Source: Octopus bimaculoides | Lineage: Eukaryota | Assembly (NCBI RefSeq): GCF_001194135.2 | Contig: NC_068991.1 | Location: forward strand, 68,064,779 to 68,098,480 | Reading direction: 5' to 3' | DNA: 33,702 nt | Shown here: piece by piece, positions 25,430-33,702 of the stretch | Position numbering within the stretch: position 1 is the first letter of the stretch | Layout of the letters: each line of letters begins with the position of its first letter | Program-made: the position numbers and the translations under genes | The notes under the pieces: generated by a model | Told to the model about the DNA's origin: nothing | The model's input: only the letters and a program-made list of their open reading frames with translations | Database searches by the model: none

Positions 25430-25599
25430 TATGATTTAGCTTAGCCATAACGTTCCTAATTATCAGTTGTTACAGTTCAGTATGTTGATATTTTGCAGCA
25501 TTAGTACGGCAGCGGTGATGACGTCTAAGTTGCTAGATGTCCTCGGCTACGGACTCTTATATAACTCAACAGATCCGTAAAGAACACAATATTAATTAA

Positions 25600-25925
25600 G
25601 GAGCACTCCGTCGGTTACGACGACGAGGGTCCCAGCTGGTCCGATCAACGGAACAGCTTGCTCGTGAAATTAACGCGCAAGGGGCTGAGCATTCCACACA
25701 CACGTGTACCTTTAACGTAGTTCCCAGGGAGATTCAGCGTGACGGAGAGTGTGACAAGGCCAGCCCTTTGAAATACAGGTACTACTCATTTTTTGCCTGC
25801 TGAGTAGACTGGGGCAACGTGAGATAAAGTGTCTTGCTGAAGGACACAACGCGTCGCCGGAATTCGAGCTCACGACCTTACAATCGTGAGCCGAATGACC
25901 TAACCACTAAGCCACGCGCCTGCCC
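25600..25925 (-). mobile_element. SINE family B, full length, 11-bp TSD
   Basis: ATATTAATTAA at 25589-25599 and 25926-25936. Reverse complement of the 9655-9979 type. Confidence 0.92.
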
Positions 25926-26064
25926 ATATTAATTAATAAATGAACGACAAAAGAATAGGAATTACGTTATTAGTTCACTGCTTCTGCTAAGAGGACCTGT
26001 GCACCCAGAGTTAAGTGCCGTTGCGACAGAATAGATAATGTTTTATAGGGTACATAATTTAAGT

Positions 26065-26208
26065 CAGTCGCGGGTACACTGTGGGCCGCGGGACTTTGTG
26101 AATGGCAAGTCTCACAAAACATTGCCTTGATCTTTTTTTTAATAGTGCGGCCTGCCTGATGAGTCATATTTCATGCGGTTCATTTCTCGGAAAAGTTGCC
26201 CATGTCTG
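26065..26208. mobile_element. Non-autonomous hAT-type element, 144 bp
   Basis: Perfect 8-bp TSD ATTTAAGT at 26057-26064 and 26209-26216. CAG...CTG termini with degenerate TIRs cagtcgcgggtacact / rc cagacatgggcaactt. Contains GCGG(G)CC-type subterminal motifs. Confidence 0.75.
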
Positions 26209-26216
26209 ATTTAAGT

Positions 26217-26550
26217 AGATGCATTATAGTAGGGTGAAAATGTTTGTTTTGCAATTATGAGGTTCCGGGTTCGATCGCACTGTGGGATCTTAGATAAATG
26301 TCTTAGAGTCTTAGAACTGCCTGGGTCCGAACTAGGTGCTATGAATGAAAATATGTACACGGAAACTGAACAGAAGCCCATCAGATAGATTATGCATGAA
26401 ATTGAAACGGACGCCTAGTTCCACATTCTTTCGTGCTGATCGAGTATTCTACATGTCTGTGAAATACTCAACCACTTACACGCTAATTCAATAAACAGAG
26501 CCTTCTGTTGATCGAACAGCCAACTGCACTCTCGCCGTGGAAACCACCAG
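26217..26550 (+). mobile_element. Chimeric SINE: family A head and left arm joined to a family B 3' half
   Basis: 'ggttccgggttcgatc..acggaaactgaacagaagccc' is followed by 'catgtctgtgaaatactcaaccacttacacgctaatt..ctgttgatcg'. Confidence 0.65.
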
Positions 26551-27407
26551 AGATCCATCTATTTTTTTCGCATAATTTTGATAAAACGGGTTGCTCTCAT
26601 TGCTGGAATATCTTATCCTATTATACGGCTACTCATTCAAATGTCCTGTGTTTAGAGACAACATCATCATAAGCAACAACAGCAACATATAACTGATGAT
26701 ATAACAAGAAACGTCTGCATACAACTACGAACACATACATTGCAGCATACAATGTCGTTTGTTTAAGCTGTTATTTAGATGCCATATTCTGAGAACTGAC
26801 CTTTAAAGTGGGAGAGGGATTAAGTCGGTAATACTATTTCATAAGCTTTTGATTCGTCAGTTGTTATATTATGTTATATTATGTTATATTATGGTTTATC
26901 TTTCCTATTCTACTTTCAGACGTTTAACTAACACATTCTCATGTATTTTCGTTTTCATTTTTATATCCTCCTCCACCATATCCCCGGCCAACTGGTTGTT
27001 TGGCAATATTGTAAAATCATCAGACAGCATGCTTTAAGTTCTATGTTCAACCCACACCGAGGTCAACATTTTAGTTCATCCCTGTGGTATTCATTAAGCT
27101 CTCCATCAAATTTAAGGCATTGCGCCTATATTAGAAGCAATTATGAGGGCGGTGGATGCCTAGAGCTTTTAGTGGATCAGATAAGATGCAGAAACGTATT
27201 TGTTTCAGCTCAAATCCCGCCGAGGTCAACGCTGCCATTTATACTTTGGAGATCAATATATTAAAACAAGATTCAAGTAATTGAGATCATGTCATCGATT
27301 TTCTCCTTTCGACTATCAAATAGCTGGTATTGTGCATCCTCAGTGGGGTTTGAACTCAAAACTTACAACATGAAAAGAAATACTGCAAAGCTTTCTTAGT
27401 CCTTAAA

Positions 27408-27687
27408 GTTGCGAACAAAATGCCTTGCGGTATTTATTTCAAATCTTTACATTCAGAGATCAAATGCTGCCGAGGTCAACTTTGCCTTTCATCCTTTCGG
27501 GGTCGATAAATTAAGTACCAGTTGCGTGCTGGGGTCGACCTAATCGGCTGGCCTCCTTCCCCAAAATTACGGGCCTTCTGCCTAGAGTAGAATAGAATAA
27601 ATTAAGCACCAGTTGTGTACTGTGGTCGATGTGATCGACTTTCTCCCTCGCCCAAAATTTCAGGCCTTGTGCCTATAATAGAGAGGG
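27408..27687 (+). mobile_element. SINE family C (27408-27597) followed by a second family C 3' half (27598-27687)
   Basis: 'gccgaggtcaactttgcctttcatcctttcggggtcgataaattaagtaccagttg', then 'ataaattaagcaccagttg...cccaaaatttcaggccttgtgcc' again. Confidence 0.88.
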
Positions 27688-27755
27688 TTCTTCTTCTTCT
27701 TCTTCTTCTTCTTCTTCTTCTTCTTCTTCTTCTTCTTCTTCTTCTTCTTCTTCTT

Positions 27756-27786
<31 letters not shown>

Positions 27787-27806
27787 TTATTATTATTATT
27801 ATTATT
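27688..27806. repeat. (CTT)n switching to (ATT)n
   Basis: Direct reading. Source of the poly-K and poly-L ORFs. Confidence 0.97.
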
Positions 27807-27975
27807 AAGGTGGTGAGCTGGTAGTATTGTAAGCATGCCGGACAAAATGCTTAGTAGCATTTCTTCCGGCTTCACATTCTGAGTTGAAATTCCGCCGAGG
27901 TCGAATTTGCTTTTCATCCTGCAGCGGTTGAACACTGGGGTCGATGTAATTTCAAGCTAACATACCAGTTGTTCA
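27807..27975 (+). mobile_element. SINE family C with internal deletion or rearrangement
   Basis: Reads 'aaggtggtgagctgg...gagttgaaattccgccgaggtcgaatttgcttttcatcc'. Confidence 0.82.
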
Positions 27976-28282
27976 CACACACACACACACATGCGCGCGC
28001 GCACACACACACGCACAAAGAATCACACACACACAAACACACAATCACATACACACATACACACACATACACACACATACACACACAAACACACACAGAT
28101 ACATATACACACACACACACAAACACACACACACAAACACAAACACACATACGAACACAAATGTATACACACACATACACACCACCCACACACATAAACA
28201 CACACACATAAGCACACACACGCAAACACACACACACAAACACACACATGTACACACAAACACAAACACAAACACACGCACG

Positions 28283-28329
<47 letters not shown>
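27973..28329. repeat. Interrupted (CA)n array
   Basis: Direct reading. Confidence 0.95.
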
Positions 28330-28331
<2 letters not shown>

Positions 28332-28826
28332 TTGCCCACATACAATCATTTTAAACATACTGTATTTAGCATTTACATTGTACTTCGCATATAGTGATTA
28401 ATTACTGTATTTTGCTGTGTGTTTACGCGCGCGTGTACCTCTGTGTCTGTGTATGTATGCGCATATTATTATTCACCCTTTTCTATCATTTTCCTTCACA
28501 CTGCTTTTCACCCACTTATCTATACTTCATCTTCAAACCTTCCTTTTTTTTTTTGCTTGTTTACTCATGGCATATTAACATTCTATTTCATGCTACTTTC
28601 TTTTATAATAGAGACTTTCCCAATATCATTGTCTTCTCATGCAGTTTACGTTCAGTTTTCCATGTTTCACTCATTATTTTCTGTGTTTGAATTTAGGTTT
28701 ATAGCTTCAATGTCTTACACATTCTTTTCATTGTTTACTTTCATTCCCACGTTCATGCGAGCATGAAGGAAATCCAGACGTTCAATAAATTAACTTATTA
28801 TAACATACGTTCATTATACTATAGCA

Positions 28827-29010
28827 ATTGTTTGGTCCAAGCTGAGACCGGATAAACCAGTTCTATTATGCAAGCCATTCCAACTGTAACCACTTTGTCT
28901 TTTAGCATATCACGAACTATATTGACAGATGTGTACTTTCATTTTTAAACGGTTGGATGTGCAATTTAAGAGAGAATGTGTTGCTATTTCTTGTGGTTTG
29001 AACAACCATT
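28827..29010 (-). mobile_element. Family D copy
   Basis: Has 'ttgctatttc' at 28981-28990 and 'gccattccaactgtaaccac', the reverse of the family D body. Confidence 0.5.
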
Positions 29011-29169
29011 TAGTGGTTAGAGTCTATTTTTGCTGTACATATGTATGTGCGCGCGTATGTATGTTCGTGTGTATACATTAGTTTATAAGAGTGCATTAAT
29101 GGACAGTGTGTATGTATATATGTATATATATATATACTCATGCATATGAGATGAAGATGTAGTTGCTCA

Positions 29170-29224
<55 letters not shown>

Positions 29225-29225
29225 A

Positions 29226-29263
<38 letters not shown>

Positions 29264-29839
29264 CATCTCTATCTGCCTGTCTGTCTGTCTGTCTTCCTTT
29301 TTTTCTTTCTTGTTTTCTATACATATAATACACATAAACATACATATGACGTATGACTTCTTATTTCCATCGGGAACACCAACTTATCTTCTTACTAGGA
29401 ACTTCCCAACTTTCATGTTTGTATTATTACCTTAATTTTTTGTAATTGCTAGTATCTAAAAATTCACTCACTACACAATATATACGTTATATAATATGCA
29501 CGTGACTAGTTGCGTATATGTTTACTGCTGTGTATGTTTGTAAGAATGCGATTTTGTGTGAGATTGCAGTGTGTGAAATTGTGTTTTCATGTTCGACGAT
29601 ATTACTATGTAAAATTTCTCAGATATTACGCAATAATTAAATCTGGTATCCGTGTACGATGAACCTTCTGTTCTTTGTGGAGTATAGTGATGCATGATCA
29701 TCACAGGTAGAATAGGGGCCTCTGCCAGAGATAACTTGTATATTATCTGTTTCAATATCAGAATTATCTCTGCATGCAAGACAATATCATTCAGCATTGC
29801 ATAACAATATACATTATAACAATATACAAACGGTCAGTA

Positions 29840-29970
29840 GATTGGCAGAGGAACAGAAAGAAAGTGCTTTGCAGCACTTAGTTTCGTCGCTTTAAGTTCT
29901 GAGTTTAAATCCTAATGGGTCTACTTTGTCTTACATCCTTAGGAGCCCAATTTAAAATACAACTCAATTA
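29840..29970 (+). mobile_element. Old SINE family C head
   Basis: Reads 'ttggcagag..aagttctgagtttaaatcc..ctactttgtcttacatcctt'. Confidence 0.5.
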
Positions 29971-32900
29971 TCGGTCAGTGTTATAGACTATACTACTACG
30001 TAACATAACCTGGGAAAATATGAGTTTTCGCTGAAGTCATGGCCTTCGTAATAAGTTCAGTTTTTTAATATGAATTGAGTAGACCAACCCATACTGCAAA
30101 ATTCATAATTGAAGAACTGGTCATCAGTATACATTTTCAATTATGCTAAAAATTTCTTAAGAATTGGAAGCATAATAGCTCATGAAACATCGCGTAATTC
30201 AAAACGGTGTCTCTAAAACATTTCGGAATATCAACCATCTCTCTTGAAATGATGTTATTTAAATGTCAGTCCTAATTCAAAATATTCATTATCGTATCAT
30301 ATAAACAGAAACAGGCCTTTCTTTTGATGTTGTTTTATGATACAAAAATATGCTTGAAATTTCTTGTAATAAAAGCTCATACGAGATTATGCTATATTGT
30401 TTACCACACAATTGAAATTAAAGGCATTTATATAGAGACTTTCACGTGTGAAACTATTTATAGTAGTGTCTGATGTTTATTGTACATAAAACAGTTTGCT
30501 TCTCATCATAAAACTTGTTAACAATGACTGGGACCGTTGAGTCGTAGGAGTGAGTAGTGGTTGCAATGGTTACTACAGAAAACTCTTCTAAGATTGAACA
30601 ACTATTGCATTTCCACTTTTATATACGATGGCTCCTAAATACAATTATTTCCTTTCTAAACTGATTATCTTTCAAAGTTCACTGCTGATACCTCTTATAT
30701 TGTGACTACCACATACAGAGGCAAAGAGGAATATTTTATGCAGTCAAACGATCTGCAAGGAATAGCCGAAAAGACTGCCTTAAAGTTGAGAGTACGATTT
30801 TAAAATGGATGGAGACGTTGCATAATGCAACATTGCATTAATTAATGAGTGTAAATTGGTGCATTGTGTGTCGTGTGTTTATGTCACTGTGTATGAATTG
30901 AGGGAAAGATGGATTTCTTATGTAAATATGTATATATATATATATATACATATAAAACAATAGTACGTCTTTCTTGGGGCCCATTTATCTACATCTCTAT
31001 ATATATTTATCTCTCTGTTTATCTATCTATCTTTCTATCTATCTATCTATCTATCTACCTATCTACCTATCTATCTATCTATCTATGTGTAGATTAGTTA
31101 ATGAAGGAAGGTGGGGGTCATTTATATGTTTAAGGATACAGGTTTACAACTACTGCAGAAGAAGCACAACTCCTGTTAACGTTTGCATAACGACATATAA
31201 GGAAGAATATTTGAATGCTGGACGATCATGGCTGGACCGCTATTAAATTCCTGCATTGATCTTTTAAAATATGAATGCTGACCGAGGGTTAAACAACAAC
31301 AGCAACAGTATCGTCACGTGTTTTTATGTAATCTTAAACCATGGTCTAAGTGAGCTAATGTGATTTAAGAGACATAAAATAAGCAGAAATATATACATTT
31401 TTATCTGGTCAAATTTAAGTAGATTTAGACAGTGCTCTTTTATCTTGGAATCAGAGATTAAAGAAGTAAGAACCGAGGAATTTCTCTGAGTTTTGGATAT
31501 TGGATCTTTTCAGCTGAGTCAAATTAATGAATGTAAATTTGTATCAAAGAGCATACACATGTAAATTCTCTCTCTCTTCTGATCTATCTATGTATCTGTC
31601 TATCTATCTATCTCTCTATCTATCTAACTATATATCCATCTATCTATTTGTCTATCTTATTCTCTTTTGGAATCTAGAGGTTCACATAAAGCTGTGAATA
31701 ATACCGCGTAAATACTTGGTTGAAAAACCCATTTGGGTAGAGAATATTGATGGTTACCTGTGGGACACGAACCTATGTCACCTGTAGATTTGACAGGCAT
31801 TTTACCATTGTACCAAAGAAATCTTTCAAATTCCTCTGTCCATTTTAGAAATTTTATTCTTCTCAGCAAGAATTGTATTTTGTTCACTCATAAGAATTTT
31901 ATAAACTTTCGAGAGAACGTGAAATAATTCTTTTTTGGAATACCAAGGCTCAAATGAATCTATAAATTGAGGTATATAAATGATGGGTTGAAAAACCCTT
32001 TTGGATAGATTTATAGTTTTACGTGAGTCTCGAGATTAAAAAAAAAACAAAAACATTTCACGTACTCTCGAAAGGTTATACGATTCTTAAGACATCAACA
32101 ATATATTTACATATACATGTGTTGTGTGCATATATGTATATGTATATGTTTATGTTTATGTATATGTATATGTATATGTATATATATNNNNNNNNNNNNN
32201 NNNNNNNNNNNNNNNNNNNNNNNNNNNNNNNNNNNNNNNNNNNNNNNNNNNNNNNNNNNNNNNNNNNNNNNNNNNNNNNNNNNNNNNNNNNNNNNNNNNN
32301 NNNNNNNNNNNNNNNNNNNNNNNNNNNNNNNNNNNNNNNNNNNNNNNNNNNNNNNNNNNNNNNNNNNNNNNNNNNNNNNNNNNNNNNNNNNNNNNNNNNN
32401 NNNNNNNNNNNNNNNNNNNNNNNNNNNNNNNNNNNNNNNNNNNNNNNNNNNNNNNNNNNNNNNNNNNNNNNNNNNNNNNNNNNNNNNNNNNNNNNNNNNN
32501 NNNNNNNNNNNNNNNNNNNNNNNNNNNNNNNNNNNNNNNNNNNNNNNNNNNNNNNNNNNNNNNNNNNNNNNNNNNNNNNNNNNNNNNNNNNNNNNNNNNN
32601 NNNNNNNNNNNNNNNNNNNNNNNNNNNNNNNNNNNNNNNNNNNNNNNNNNNNNNNNNNNNNNNNNNNNNNNNNNNNNNNNNNNNNNNNNNNNNNNNNNNN
32701 NNNNNNNNNNNNNNNNNNNNNNNNNNNNNNNNNNNNNNNNNNNNNNNNNNNNNNNNNNNNNNNNNNNNNNNNNNNNNNNNNNNNNNNNNNNNNATATATA
32801 TATATATATATATATATACGTATATATATATTCATGTATATTATATTATGAAATATTTTCGAAAATATTGCATCACTGCCAAGAATAGAACTTTAGCATT

Positions 32901-33334
32901 CCGCCACATCAATATATTATCCTATCTCTCCTCTTAAATATATATATATATATATCACACACATACGCGCGCGCACACACACGTGCACACACACAAACAC
33001 ACACACACACACACACACACGCACGCATACTCATAAATATAGATAGAATTCCCAAAAGTACACACATGTCCTTATCTTCAAAGTTTCGAATTGGTTGATC
33101 TTCGAGCAGTTTGACAGATATGATATTGGTCTGAATGTTAAGTTTGGTTGGCATTGTCTGTTCCAAGATTAGCAGTTATATGACTTAGCTGCATGGTTTT
33201 AGAGATTTCACAGAGATTAGAAGTTGTGCGCATGTTTCACTGTATCATCTATTTATGTGTGAATGCACCCATACTCAAAACAATACAATACTTATCTTAA
33301 AAGAAATAAGAAACACCGTAACTAAAATTACTCC

Positions 33335-33594
33335 ATGTATGTATGTATGTATGTATGTATGTATGTATGAATGTATGTATGTATGCATGTATGAATGTAT
33401 GTATGCATGTATGAATGTATGTATGTATGAATGTATGTATGTATGCATGTATGGTGTGGTGTGTATATGTGTATGTATATTATTGTGCATGTAATCATAT
33501 ATATTATATTTAATAAAATATATTTAATACATGTATGCATGTATGTATGTGTGATATGTATATATATATATATGTATGTATATTTATTCACATA

Positions 33595-33626
<32 letters not shown>

Positions 33627-33702
33627 CACACATTCTGATATGATTTCACGCTGATATGATTTCACGCATATGTATGTCTGTATATATATATATATATATA
33701 TA
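33335..33702. repeat. (TATG)n/(TGAA) and (TA)n/(TC)n arrays
   Basis: Direct reading. Confidence 0.95.

Noticed and set aside
29623-29706. Exon-like segment starting (R)YYAII, like a GPCR DRY junction, with CAG|GTAAGA donor
   Set aside because: In-frame stop after 12 codons, stops in the other frames, and spacing to the Trp too short for TM4.
30678-30803. Open frame FTADTSYIVTTTYRGKEEYF... after an acceptor-like site
   Set aside because: About 41 codons is within chance; weak donor; no recognisable domain.
33635-33666. 16-bp tandem duplication CTGATATGATTTCACG x2
   Set aside because: Trivial slippage event inside low-complexity sequence.

Overview
Eukaryotic, AT-rich, repeat-saturated scaffold segment with about 4.5 kb (about 13%) of N gaps, most flanked by microsatellites. 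The repeat content looks like a coleoid cephalopod, probably Octopus; this is recalled pattern similarity, not a database result. No host protein-coding gene is supported: nearly all ORFs in the track are translations of microsatellites or N runs. Supported features are: three tRNA-headed SINE families (labelled A, B, C here) in about 20 full or partial copies, two with clean 15- and 11-bp TSDs; a fourth short (CAA)n-tailed repeat (D); the decayed 3' end of an R4/Dong-like RLE-type LINE abutting a (TAA)n tract; a mariner deletion derivative; a 144-bp hAT-type element with a perfect 8-bp TSD; a MuDR/Foldback-like MITE with modular inverted repeats; and a 142-bp foldback. The interesting structure is in TE architecture: nesting, chimerism, a shared hairpin module and potential dsRNA. 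I found no convincing novel gene system.
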